Source: Alloascoidea hylecoeti (Eukaryota). From it: a stretch of DNA of 64,000 nt. Both the position numbers and the translations under genes were made by a program. The stretch spans positions 215,974 through 279,973 of the forward strand of contig BCKZ01000018.1 of the NCBI GenBank assembly GCA_001600815.1, in the 5' to 3' direction. Below, piece after piece: positions 1-12,458 of this stretch. The first letter of the stretch is position 1, and each line of letters begins with the position of its first letter. The notes under the pieces were generated by a model. That model ran no database searches. It worked only from the letters and a program-made list of their open reading frames with translations, and was not told where the DNA came from.

Positions 1-502
1 CTGCAGCTGGATTGTATACGTTACTTAGTCCAAAATGCCGAATGCCGCAAAGAGTAGGGGGAAATTCCCCGGATAGCACTCCATTTACGTACTCTGGCAC
101 TAATTTACCTTACCACTGCATCTGAAAGTGATTTATTGGCTCCATTTGGAAAGCTCTTGCAGATAATCACAGTTTCATTAAAATATCCTTGCATTTTAAT
201 CAAAACATCCTTGTTAAATTGAGAATTTTGCATATTTCACTGTTTCAGAGTAAATTGGTGTTCTTAACTATGGTAAACTTTTCAGATTTTTCCAACGGTG
301 AAGTATTTAGATTCTTTTACGTATATTCGTAAATTTTCTCCCATTTAATCATAAGCTTTAACTTTGAAGTTCCGATTTTACATATAATACAATTATAGTA
401 TATTGGTTATCATTAGTCGCTCAAATTTAAACAGTCCACAGACTCTACACTCAGCGCTATACTTCTAAATAGTTACACTTTTAATAAAAAAAAAAAACTA
501 CA

Positions 503-800
503 ATGTATATTATTTATCTTTCAGATACACGAATTAATTTAATTGTCTGGTGGTGAAAGTTAATCCGTGAATTTCAACAACGTCGACATTGATTTCGAAG
601 GTACATCATAAGAGTGTTAACAATTTAAGTTTGGTCATGCTCCGACAACTGGGTTTATCGAGATTTGGTAATACCAAGACATTATTAAAGTCCATCGAAT
701 TTCTTTTGCTCAAACAAATTATTTATCTTCAAAATTTGCTGACTCCTATACGGATGATAATATTGAAAATCCCGCTTGTTGAAATACAATGTCAAGAGTA
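503..800 (+). pseudogene. Possible degenerate glutathione S-transferase (Gtt1-like N-terminal domain) pseudogene
   Basis: ATG at 503 follows an A-rich leader. Broken frames read MYIIYLSDTRINLIVWW* / ...KFGHAPT / GNTKTLLKS / FAQTNYLSSKFAD, in the order of GST N-domain motifs (R..+W+, P/FG++P, L.ES.+I..YL). Several stops and frameshifts. Confidence 0.3.
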
Positions 801-1107
801 ACTTACCTATAGAATTTAATGTATTATTAATTATTTGAATTTGGATGTTCATTATTGGAGGTATCACATTTCATAATAATATGATGATGAGTACATGAGC
901 AGATGAAAATTTATTTCCATTGATCGCATTGATTTGATCGATCTGATATGCCATTTTAGGAAACTCGGCATGCACTCCCCGTGCTGATATTTACGCTTAG
1001 GTCCAAATGCCGGAGAACGGATCTCTGGAAAGTATTCAACATCTTTTCAACTCTTCTTCACTTTCATCATCAACAAAAGCAGCTCCATTTGGGCACAGAA
1101 TCAGAAG

Positions 1108-2967
1108 ATGACGCAGTCGAAGTTGCTAGTAAGGCCGAAACCAAATTCACTCCAAGGAAACGCCCAGAATCACATTTCTCCTAGCCCCATCTCTTCAAGA
1201 TCTCCTCCTCCACAGTCTCCTGGGACCGGGGCTTCAATGTCTCCAGATGATTCTACCTCAGGGCCGGGACAACCGATTATGAAAATAGTAACCTCAAAGG
1301 CATGGGTCTTACCCCCAAGACCGAAACCTGGAAGGAAACCATCTGCTGATGCTCCTGGTACGAAAAGAAAAGCCCAAAATAGAGCTGCACAAAGAGCATT
1401 TAGAGAACGACGAGCCACCAAGGTAGCTGAATTGGAAGAAAAGATTAAAGGCATTGTCCGAGAAAAAGAGAATGCAGAACAAAAATTTAATAATGTTTTA
1501 TCAAAGCTCACTACTGAAAATACCCAACTACGGCAAAGTTTAGATTCGATGAGAAAAGAAATGGATATTCTAATGAGTTTCCATAATAATGGCTACACGG
1601 GAAATGAACATCATAACCATCATACAAAATCCGATATCAATTCTAGTAGTAATGGCTCTTCATTAATTTCTAATAATCCTAGCGGTAATATCAATAGAAA
1701 TTCGTCCCCTCCCCGGAATTCGAGCGCAAATGATTTAGCTTACAATTTTCAGCAACAAATCGTGTCACCTGCTCCTTCAAATGTTGCATCACCAAATGAC
1801 ATTCTTGATAGAGTGCTTGAACAAAGATTACCTGAGAATAATATCCATGGTAATATTAATAATAACAACAATGATGATGATTGTGGAGTTTGTTTGAAAG
1901 ATGATTGTCTTTGTGAATCTCTAGGCATTCGAAATCGAATTCCGAGCATATCTGTTGGTTCAAATGTTAGTCACGAGCGGGGTTCTATAGATACAAAGGC
2001 CTCGTCAAATTTAAATATAGTGGACTCAAATGACAACACAGATTCTTTTGCTCCCATGCCCGCCGTCCCTTTAAAAAGAAAAAGAGATTCAAATGATGAT
2101 AGAGAAATTGATTTTACTGTTAAATTCACAAAACAACAAAAATTAAAAGCTCTTTTGAAACCTCCCAAAAATGATCGTACATTTTTGCCGCAACCAAAGA
2201 ACTTAGAAATTACGGAAGATTTCCAACGAAGACAACAAATTGAATTATTAGCAAGGAAGGAAGAAGAACGACTAAAGAAGAAGAAAGCATTACAAGATTC
2301 AGGTGGTGGTAGGGCATTCGAAAGGTGTGGGTTTTGTTCCGATGATACACCTTGTTTATGTGAAGAAGCTGAAAACAATAACGATGATATCAATGCTGAG
2401 GTGGATTTGGATGTTGGATTCTCTACATTACCTCCATTAATAGGAGATTTCACAGACTCTTTGAATTCCAATGGAACATCAAAATTACCTGTATTACATC
2501 CGGGTCCAACGCAGAGACAGATATCTGTTAATTCGCTAGCAAAGGCTTCTACTAATACATTATTATCTGCAGCTTCTTTTAACCCTGACCCTATTATCAA
2601 AAAGAAGGAAAAACCAGAAGGGTGCACTGGGAACCCAGGAACATGTGAACAATGCCAGCATGACCCAATGTCTACTTTATTCTGTACAACCATCGCTAGT
2701 ATGGATGTTGAAAAACATTCTAGCAAATCTACTAGTAAATCAACCAGTATCTCCTCTGCTTCGACACCAAAGAAGGATGATAATTTATCAACAAATGGAT
2801 TATATATACCTTGTGCTGATGCCTATAAGACCTTATCGCGACATAAAGACTTTAATTCTCTTGATATAAGTAAACTTGTTGGAAAGTTACACACACGTGG
2901 AATGCAAGTTGAAGTTCAAAGTGTTGCTAATGTATTACGAGAATTAGACAGACGATTGTATAACTAA
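1108..2967 (+). CDS. HAP43: HapX/Hap43 iron-responsive bZIP transcription factor
   Basis: Hap4-like motif TSKAWVLPPRPKPGRKP, bZIP KRKAQNRAAQRAFRERR, and Cys-rich regions CGVCLKDDCLC, CGFCSDDTPCLC, CTGNPGTCEQC and IPCADAYKTL. Confidence 0.95.
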   Translation: MTQSKLLVRPKPNSLQGNAQNHISPSPISSRSPPPQSPGTGASMSPDDSTSGPGQPIMKIVTSKAWVLPPRPKPGRKPSADAPGTKRKAQNRAAQRAFRERRATKVAELEEKIKGIVREKENAEQKFNNVLSKLTTENTQLRQSLDSMRKEMDILMSFHNNGYTGNEHHNHHTKSDINSSSNGSSLISNNPSGNINRNSSPPRNSSANDLAYNFQQQIVSPAPSNVASPNDILDRVLEQRLPENNIHGNINNNNNDDDCGVCLKDDCLCESLGIRNRIPSISVGSNVSHERGSIDTKASSNLNIVDSNDNTDSFAPMPAVPLKRKRDSNDDREIDFTVKFTKQQKLKALLKPPKNDRTFLPQPKNLEITEDFQRRQQIELLARKEEERLKKKKALQDSGGGRAFERCGFCSDDTPCLCEEAENNNDDINAEVDLDVGFSTLPPLIGDFTDSLNSNGTSKLPVLHPGPTQRQISVNSLAKASTNTLLSAASFNPDPIIKKKEKPEGCTGNPGTCEQCQHDPMSTLFCTTIASMDVEKHSSKSTSKSTSISSASTPKKDDNLSTNGLYIPCADAYKTLSRHKDFNSLDISKLVGKLHTRGMQVEVQSVANVLRELDRRLYN

Positions 2968-4009
2968 TGAACTGAATAATAAATACACAATTTGGATATA
3001 TACACAATTCAAAAAGGTAAGGTTAGGTAAGGAGTTCTTCTTTAAAAAAATTTATGGGTTACCGTCATGGTATAGGTATATATAAATATAATAAGGTTAT
3101 ATATTCTAATTTTGTTAATGATTTCTTGGGTTTGGGATTATAATATACTATATAAAATATATTATATTAAATATTGCAATTTGGTTTATTAGTTATTTTT
3201 ATTTGGATTTTGCACATCTCAATTGGATTTATACCTTTGAAATTTGTTTGTTTTTTGGATTTGGCCTTGAGTATGTCTTACAACTAAAGGTAATATATTT
3301 ACCCATTGCAGCTGTATAATTTATACTTGATTTTATTCATATTGTTAGTTAATGCTATAAATATTCATTTATAAAATGAATTTAAGATATAATTCTGTTT
3401 TATTACATGTATATACTAGCATGAAAAATTTATCTATCATTTCAGAACCATTTAACTCTCACTCTATTATAAGTAATTATTTGTCTATCTTGTAAATACT
3501 AAATATATTTGCATTATTTACAAAGTTATAAAGTTTTTTTTTTGCTTTCTCAATATTCATGGCTGGTGTAAGCTTGTTGAGCCCAAATGGTGGTCACAAT
3601 TGCAAGCTTTGAGTTCAGGCTTCAATTCAATATCGCCAAGAGCATATATCCCTACTTGATGTGATTTCTATACTTTCACCTCATAATAATAATCTAAGAT
3701 AGTTCTAAATTTATCTTTATTTTAACATGCTCAGAGTACTTGGGGTCACCCGGATTATGATGGTTCAAAATTATAACTTGCAATTGTAGGTTTTGAAAGT
3801 TTTACATCAAAAAAACAGAGCAAACTTAATCAGCACGTTTTTTTCCAAACTTTGTCACTTAAAAGATAATTTCTATTACAATCATAGAATATGATCAATA
3901 ATTGATTTTTCGCTTAGGTAGAAATATTTTGTCTCTGGGATTCTTCCTCCACTTACAAAGTTATTACTTCAAAATCTAGTAAATTAGAATTGAATACTGT
4001 TTTGTATTA

Positions 4010-4330
4010 ATGATGATTTCCTTATGAATACTTAAGACTTAATATACACTTTTTTTTATAAAGGCAAATGATTATTGTTAAAACTGAAGAATTAGTTGAC
4101 AGATTTATAAGTTTATAAGTCGAGTTTTCTATCTTTATTAGACTGTATTAAAAGTATATTCATTTGAATTCTGAAATACATAAAGCTTAAGGCAAGATAG
4201 TTCATAATTGCAAACAAATCATTGAGATATGACTATAAGGTATTCTACGAAGAACTCAACGAAAGAATTATAAATAAGACTAAATATTTTGTTATTGGTT
4301 TACTTTCTGGTGCCTTGGTTGAATAGTTCA
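4010..4330 (+). repeat. Dispersed repeat family, copy A (LTR-like, unidentified)
   Basis: Shares TGAyGATTTmCTTATGAAyACTTAAGACTTAATATAC...GATTTATAAGTwTATAArTCGAGTTTTCTATCTTTATTAGA with copies at about 8368 and 10766. A partial, more diverged copy lies at about 4561-4680. Confidence 0.85.
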
Positions 4331-4809
4331 CTACCACCAACAGCAAGCAATTAATGAGAATAAATGAATCAGTATATTCAGTCAATCAACTTGCAGTGTG
4401 ATATTAGGAAGATATCAGAAATTTCTGATTAGAAGTTTGTTTTAAAGAGGTGTAAGAGTTAGTATAACAAATTATATAATTTATAGGGCTATAGCTATAC
4501 CTGTGTTTAACCGATCTACTTACATTGACTTAACAATCCACTTTTAAGGAAATGCAATTTTAAGAATTAGCTAACAGATTTATTTTTTATTTATATGATG
4601 AAATAGAGTTTTCTATCTTAATGAAACTAAATTGTTCAGCTCAATAAGTCATTGGTCATATGATTCTGAAATATAAAATATCTTTCAGTTTTATAACTTA
4701 GCGTTGCGGTTGATCATCATACATTTGGTTTAATAGCTAGTTTAGTAGTGTCAATCATGGGTTTCGTGAAGCTTTTTCAAAGTCAGTTATAGGTATCTAA
4801 ATATAATCA

Positions 4810-4999
4810 CCTTGGTTTTTCGCCTGAAACTAATCCAGAAACGTGTTAAACACTCCAGAAAAGATGGAATATGCTTTAATCGAAGAGTGGGATAAAGTCA
4901 CATATAAAGAAATCTACAAATTAGTGGATAACATACCAAGACACGTAGATTGAAGGCATATATATAAACATTTTCCATGTTTTTATGCCTGACACTGTA
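4810..4999 (+). mobile_element. Tc1/mariner transposon 3' remnant with right TIR and TA
   Basis: Frame from 4846 reads LNTPEKMEYALIEEWDKVTYKEIYKLVDNIPRHVD, the Tc1 transposase C-terminal L.EEW..I....I..LV.SMP.R pattern. It ends ...GCCTGACACTG|TA at 4997-4999 (reverse complement TA-CAGTG, a Tc1-type terminus). Confidence 0.75.
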
Positions 5000-5649
5000 G
5001 AATCATAAGAATTTGCAACTGATTTGACTTTTGTGAAGTATTATTTATATAAGGCAATGTATGTAATGTAAAATTGTTAAACTTTGTTTTATTAAAAGTA
5101 GCGAATGCTTTCGTTTATACTAAATAAAACTTCTTCCCCAATAAATCTATAGAGCTACGTATAACTTTTAAGTCTTTGTTTTAGCAAATAAATTCTCTGA
5201 TTAAATAAAGATTATTTTGATGAAATGTTTGTTTACGTAAACTAAAAGAACAATAGATCTAGAGATTAAGCTTTGATATTAACATTTATTGTGAGTTTCT
5301 GATAGTGTATAAAGCTGGATAATGGAAGTGTCTTGTGAGGATCCATAGAAAAGCTATCACCAAGGGTGGTCAGACTGTGAACACAAGTAGAAATATATGT
5401 ACCAGGTACACAAAGTTAAAAGAACTATCAGGTAATACAAATCCTTCACAACTATTGCAATTTTTAGGTACCCATCGGATATCGATTGCAACTACAGAAG
5501 ACGAAGATAGCGAAGAAGGCTTTGTTCGTGATGACCCAAGACATCCTACATCTTTACAGTAATGACTTTTTTATTAATATATAGTATCATGTTAAAATTC
5601 CAGCAAATATATGGTAATTTGTACATTTATAGCTAACATAGTACTAAAC

Positions 5650-8043
5650 TTAACCATGTAACAATTTAGAAGATAACGCTTCAAGATCCGCCAATGTTTC
5701 TGGCTCGTCGACCTCAATAATTTTAGTACCTTTATCTTTGTTATGTCGGTGTTTCTTAGATTTCTTAGTTGGTCTTTCATGGTCACTTTCGGATTGTGAT
5801 TCTGACGCTGATATTGCAGCACTCGATTGATTAAAATCGTTATATACTTCTTCATCAGAAATATCCCCTCCAAGTACCGCAACAGGACCATCAATACCAT
5901 CATTTTCCTCGAGTTCGCGAAGTTTTCGTTCAGCCTCCTTTCGTTTTCTTTTCTTTGCTAATCTTTTATCCTTTTGAAGATCTTTATCATCAACATCAGC
6001 GGTTATCATCTGTTCTGTTTCTCCTTCGATAAATTTAGCCTGTTGTTCAGTTGCAGTACCATCAGCTTTAAAGTCTTCCTCACCTTTAAGCTCATAGAGA
6101 GAGTGAGGAACTCCATCATCATCAAATATAAGTTTAGTAGGATTTCCATTTTGTTTCAAAGAAGCTTTACGGGAAACAGCACGCTTCATTGCCCTATTTG
6201 AAGTGGGTAATTCATGTAAATCTGAATCAGCATCTTTTAAATCATGATCAATTCTTTTAACAGTCATGAAATCTTCAGCATCATCACTTTCATTATCACC
6301 ATCATTTTTAACAAGATTTCGGTAATGTTCTGATAATACATCTTGATTCTTTCTAGTGAATAATCTTTGATATTTATCCTTTGGTTGATCATCTTCTTTC
6401 TTTTGATTACCATCTTCATCACCTCTTGCAACTGCAAGAAGTTTTCTTGAAGTATTTTTTAATTCCTTACTTTTATTACCATTTCCTGTAGGTTTTTTGA
6501 TTTTTGGTGCTCCACTTAATCCTAAACTTTCAGCATATTCTTTTAAAGGAATATTATCAACATTAAAAATAGATTTATCATGTTGAGTTAAAATTGATTT
6601 ATAATATGATATAAAAGCTTTTTGTGCTAAATATTTAATTTCACTATTTTCAAAACATAAATGTTGTAATTCATTTTTAATTGATTTTTTCTTATCTTCA
6701 CGAATTTTTAAATTATTAATTTCAATTTTCTTAATTTGAAGTCTTGCTAACATTCCTTCTTCTTCAGATTTTGTTAATAATAATAAACTTTGACCTTTTC
6801 TACCAAACCTTGCAGTTCTACCAACTCTATGAACATAAGTATCAACATCTTCTGGGGCATCAACTTGTATTACCCAATCAACAGTAGGAAAATCCAAACC
6901 TCTTGCGGCGATATCAGTGGCTAATAAGCAAGCATGTTCAGCCCTTGAAAACTTTGAAGTTCTTTCGATTCTTGCAGCTTGTTTCAATTTCCCACTTAAA
7001 TATATTAATGATATACCAGGCTGTAAAGTTTTAAAAGTTTCAAAGACAAATCTAACTTGTTTTGAAGATGAAAAAAATACAATCATTTTAGATTTTGTAT
7101 GAGTTCTTATAAAACTATATAAGATATTCAATTTATCTTGAAGATTAACAATTGAATAACTCTGTTGTAAAGATTTTGGAGTTGCTGAAGCATCTTCAGG
7201 AGTTGAAGTTATAAACAATGGATTGATTAAACTTAATCTTGCTAAATCATTAATTGATTTTTGTTGAGTTGCTGAAAATAAAAGTGTTTGTCTATCAATT
7301 GGTAAACTTTCAAAAATATTATCCATAGTTTGTTTAAAACCCATATCTAATATTCTATCTGCTTCATCTAATATTAACATTTTTAAATTTGTTGTATCAA
7401 AATCATGAGATTCAGAAATATGTTGTAATAATCGACCTGGTGTTGATATAATTATATTTAATTTCCCAATTCTTTCTTTTTCATCTTGATAACTTTTCCC
7501 ACCCGTTAATAAACCAACAGAAAATGAATGAAATTTACCAATGCTTTTTAAAACATTAAAAATTTGTATCGCAAGTTCTCTAGTTGGTGATATAACTAAA
7601 GCACCCAATCCATCTAATTGTGTCCATTTATTACGGTATAAAACTTCTAATAACGGTATTAAAAATGCTAAAGTTTTACCTGATCCTGTTCGTGCTGCTC
7701 CAAGAATATCATGTCCTTTAAGTGATTTGATAATTGAACGTCTTTGAATATCAGTAGTTTTTAAAAAATGAGCTTTTTTCAAACCTTGTAATGTTTCTTT
7801 TGACAAAGGAAGATCTGAAAATTGACTTATTGGTGTACTCTCATCATTCTTTTTTTTTTTATTTAAAAAGATTTATATAATTAGATTATAAATATGGATA
7901 TGTAATACCAACCAAAAACTTACAAATTCTTGAATTTTTGTTTCAAGTTCCTCAATAAAATCTTCTTCGTTCTTTCTCTTAATCTGTCTTTCAGATAATT
8001 TCGGAGTTGTTTGACTCTTCTGGCTTTTTCGTGGTTTTGCCAT
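5650..8043 (-). CDS. DBP4: DEAD-box RNA helicase Dbp4/Hca4 (18S rRNA biogenesis), 2 exons
   Basis: Motifs ARTGSGKT, PTRELA, DEAD, SAT, HRVGRTAR. Exon 1 8043-7924 (MAKPRKS...IQEF), intron 7923-7849 (GTAAGT...ATCTAAT...AAG), exon 2 7848-5650 in frame. Confidence 0.93.
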
Positions 8044-8367
8044 TTTCTTTCTTTTACTTTTTCTGAAAAATTATTTCTCAATAAACAAAATTTTTAAATT
8101 TAATCATAACCACGTGCACGATTGATTTCCTAATTAGGAGCAAATGTCAGAAAATACTCTACCAACAAAATTGGGTTAATCTCAAACTTCCAAACATCTC
8201 ATATCACACAATCCGGGTGACCCCAAGTATTACTTATATCTTCCTAATATACCTACGTATTTCTTTTTTCGACTCTTTCCAAATGACCTTACTCCATTCA
8301 TTAGTATCGTTGCATCCAATATTTCTGGGATTATTGCTAGAATGCAACTTGTTATAATCTGGTGCCA

Positions 8368-8975
8368 ATGACGATTTCCTTATGAACACTTAAGACTTAA
8401 TATACCCTTTTTTTATAAAAGAAAATGATTATAGTTGGGATTAGTTAGCAGATTTATAAGTATATAAATCGAGTTTTCTATCTTTATTAGATGAAATCAT
8501 TTTTCATTAATAGTCTTGAGTGAATTTAGATTCATTTGAATTCTGAGATACATGAAGACTGGTTAATTCTCAATTGCAAACAAATTGTTGATTATTGTGT
8601 TGAGATATGACTACGAAGAAATCACTAAAATATCACAAATATGATCATATTTCTTTATTTATTCGCCAATTCTTTTCTGAAGCCTTAGGTACAGTACCGT
8701 ATATAATTTTCAATAAAAGCTCCAGATCCAATGGCTTATGTTTAGACTTTTCAGGACCAGGAGTTTGGCCATCACAATCAACAAGTGATATGTTGCCAAT
8801 TTCTTGTTTATAAATGATATATTGGAATTTGGTTGAAATAAATCTGAATCTGAAGTTAAAATTGAGCAATCTTAAGAATGAGGATTTATATTGAGTTGTG
8901 TTGCCTGTAACTAGATTATTCTCATAACCATACTTATTAATAAGACTTTCAAAAATTTCTGGCTTCTGCTACCAG
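8368..8975 (+). repeat. Dispersed repeat family, copy B
   Basis: Aligns by eye with copy A over about 280 bp and with copy C over about 600 bp (shared AATCTGAATC..AGTTAA..TTGAGCA and ATTTCTGGCTTCTG.TACCA). Confidence 0.8.
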
Positions 8976-9786
8976 TTGAGATAAAATTGTGAAAGTGGAT
9001 AAATTTTACTTGTAATATAGTAATAATTTTATGTTTTGTTATCGGCCTTCTTCTGAACTGTGAAAACTTCTTGATTCGCTACTCTAACTTAGAAAAATAT
9101 TCAAATATAATAACACTCCTCATGGATCCCAACTTAACAGTCAATTTCACCTGAAGTACTTCTATGTTTAAATCTTATATATTGTATTCGTTTCGTAGTC
9201 TTTGTGTTTTTTAGACGTTTTTGTAATTGAATGAGCAACATTACGCAAAGTTATAAGTTAAGCTATATAGTGAACGCAAGCGAAATATAATGACTCAGAT
9301 ACGATGATTCGGTTTTGTATTCCAGCACCACACTTAATTATAAGCATAGAACTACGTGCAGGTATAATTTGGGAGATCTAAACTTGTTAAGTCCGAATGG
9401 TGGTCGCAATTGCAAGCTTTAAATTCAGGCTACAATGTAATTTTTTCGCAGTTTAGAGTCCTATTAGTGAAACATAACAGACAAATCAAGGCTGTTTTAT
9501 TGTCGGCGGGAACCTACGAGTAACAACTTGAATAAATGATTCAGTAAAGAGTCAATCAATCATGGTACTCACAGTGTAACATTAGGAAGATATTAGGAGT
9601 TTCAATTATAATTAATAATGACCTATAAACTTAAGCATCATGATTTTATTATGAACATAAATAAAGAAATATACGGGTTAAGTATTCTGAATCCAGATCT
9701 ACTAAGGCTGAAGTATTAAATAGCAGAAAGGTTAAGTTTTGTATAATAAGTTGAAATTCTTTTTCTCCACCTCACCACCACCAGGA

Positions 9787-9964
9787 ATGGCGAAGTGCAA
9801 ATGCAACCTCAGAGCTCTTGCATCAAGAGATAAGGAAACTAAGATAATTAATGGCAAGATGTCGTGTTGAACCGAATATGTCAATCCTCAAGATTGCTAA
9901 GGATGCCGGGTTGTCATATTCGACCCTCTATGATAGACTTCACGGTGTGCTACAACCCTTATAG
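9787..9964 (+). mobile_element. pogo/Fot1-type transposase N-terminal (HTH-psq) remnant
   Basis: 9851-9964 reads MARCRVEPNMSILKIAKDAGLSYSTLYDRLHG, matching the SIR.AA..YG+..STL.DRL.G helix-turn-helix. Truncated and frameshifted. Confidence 0.7.
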
Positions 9965-10071
9965 CTATGTAAATCAATGATGTGATCAATGTATGACCTT
10001 CGCTATACCACTAAACAATTAAAACTCATATAATAACAAAAACATATATGACTTGTTTTATAATCACTCCA

Positions 10072-10565
10072 CTAACACCAATACTCCTTGATTTTTCTAT
10101 ATTCGAGTGGCAAAGGCTCTGTCATGCAATCACCTAGATTGTCCTCCGAAGCAATCTTTTTAACATGCTCAAATTTATTCAATTGAAATCTTTCTTGTAT
10201 ATACTTTAATTTTGTATCTAATGTTTTGGTTCTTGTTCTTATATTGTAATTATTTGACCAAGATATAACAGTAGAATTATCTTCATAATAAGTAATTTTC
10301 ACATTGCTGTTGTATGGTGGATCGAGGGAAGTCGCGGATAATCTATTAACAAGCGAGTCAGACAATGATCACACGAGAGGAATAGGGAAGAGAAACTATG
10401 GAAGCTAAATAATATATATATATATATGACAGTATTGTATATCTGAGTACAGGCGGAGATTATCACATATCTAACAGTATCTGTAATCGTATCCAGAGCT
10501 ATCAACCCACTTTCTGCAGTTGATTTTGATACCGTATGTTGTGTTCTTGTAGTTGCTTTATCAAA
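10072..10565 (-). mobile_element. Ty1/copia pol RNase H remnant interrupted by an LTR-like insert
   Basis: Minus strand TRTQHTVSKSTAES (about 10545-10508, KQ..VA.STAEAE motif), then ITYYEDNSTVISWSNN...RTKTLDTKLKYIQE...SEDNLGDCMTEPLP (10307-10072), the copia RNase H motifs. Confidence 0.85.
10308..10507. mobile_element. Solo-LTR-like segment (about 200 bp)
   Basis: Starts TGTTG and ends TCAAC, has an internal TA run, and sits between two RNase H motifs. No clear 5-bp TSD. Confidence 0.5.
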
Positions 10566-10765
10566 GTTAATAAAGAATCAGTGTCTTTCGGAATTGATGG
10601 AACGAATCTTAATCTATCTGTTTCTAGTTCTTTTTGATATCTATGGAAAAGACTACTTCTTATATATCACTATTTAAAACATGTTATCTGCATAAAACTA
10701 ATTACTTGAAACATAAAAACAGAACTACTACTGACTCACTAAGCACCTTAAGATCAACATGTCGT

Positions 10766-11340
10766 CTGATGATTTACTTATGAACACTTAAGACTTAATA
10801 TACACTTTCTTTTTATAAAAGGAGATGATTATTGTTAGAATTGAAGAATTAGTTAGCAGATTTATAAGTTTATAAATCGAGTTTTCTATCTTTATTAGAC
10901 GATATCATTTGTAATAATAGTCTTGAGTGAATTTACATTCATTTGAATTCTGAAAAACATATCGCTGGTTATTGTGTTAAGATATGACTAAGGGGTATTC
11001 TACGAAGTAATCAACAAAAATATCATAAATAGGATCACTAAATATTTGGGCGCTATTGATTTACCGATTACTTTCTGGTGCCTTGGTTGAATAGATTTCA
11101 AGAAATTCGCTAAATTCAAGGGATGGTCCAGAGGCTTGCCCAATGCTACACTGCTAGTAAGTAATGAATGTTTTTCCAATTTCCTATTTTTTTTAACTGC
11201 TACCATGAATCTGAATCCTTAGTTAATGTTGAGCAGCCATAAGAAAGGGATTGATCAAGAGTTGTGTGTCTATATTTATTCTGTTCCCCATAACCATAGT
11301 TATTGGTGGGACTGTCATGAATTTCTGGCTTCTGTTACCA
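10766..11340 (+). repeat. Dispersed repeat family, copy C
   Basis: Same core as copies A and B. Shares TTACTTTCTGGTGCCTTGGTTGAATAG with copy A. Confidence 0.85.
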
Positions 11341-12458
11341 CTTTCATCTCCATTTTAGCAGATATACTCTGTCGCCAGATGACTGAATCTTGTAGCCCCA
11401 ACCACAGTTGAGATTGAAATCTGGTTGAATCCGAATAAACCTTATCTTTCCCCCCACCCGCCATAATATTTTAGTTATAGTGATTATTATTATTAAGATT
11501 AGTACTCAACACTTCACTATAGACATTGAATTAATTATCTAGTACATCAATCAATTTTATCGTCATCATTATATAAATCTGAAGAGGTGTAATCTATACT
11601 ATAGAATTGCCATTAGTGAAAAGTAATTCATATCCTCGTTGGTGAGCGAATTACATTTCAAATATAAGCGAAATAAGTGTACATGATTTTGTTGATAAGT
11701 TACACTTCACATAAAAATAGCAAAATTATATTAGTTACTGAGTGCTCTACAAAGTCTTCAACTGTTCTTAAAATGGCACATATGTTCCATAAATCCTGGA
11801 GATTTCATTAGTTTATACAACTTGACATCTTATGTTTAGTATTGGTACCTTAATGAATAAACGGCTGTGCCCACTACGAGGTATGGAGCAACTACTATTA
11901 TACACTGACATACAGTAAAGTACAGCACAGGACTTACAGACCCAGACTTCCTCATGATCATGTCCTAAACAATGACATGCCTTTCATAGAGCATAATTTA
12001 TACTTTCTCCGAACCAGATCCTGTAGCGGCCCAGCATTGGTTGCTAATACACACCATATCTAAATGCCATAATCATAAATCACTTTAGTGTATCTTTAGA
12101 CTAAATATCATTTTGTTACTTTGGCTTTTTTCATTCAGAAAAGGTCTTTTACATATCGAGTATATTACCTTTTGTATAAAAGGGTTCTAACTTCCTATGG
12201 TGTGTCATTGCCCAAAAAAAAGAAAAAAGCGACCTATTTTTAGCTTTTGAGGTTTTAGATTAAGTCATTATAATATAGTATATTGTTATCAATTGCAGGT
12301 TAAGTCTTAGTTTAAGCATAGCCTTTGTTAGGCATTTATTTTTGGATTTTGTGGATCTCAATTATATAATTACACTTCATTCAAGAATTCATTGTCTCCT
12401 TTCCTTGGCTACATAATTCTAAAACAATAACAAGAGTATGGCAATTAAACTATAATAT

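Noticed and set aside
57..75. RNase MRP CR-I-like GGGGAAATTCCCCGG
   Set aside because: A simple palindrome without a matching CR-V partner; more likely a promoter element.
881..946. Box C/D snoRNA (ATGATGA...CTGA)
   Set aside because: No recognisable rRNA guide or terminal stem; such boxes are frequent by chance in AT-rich DNA.
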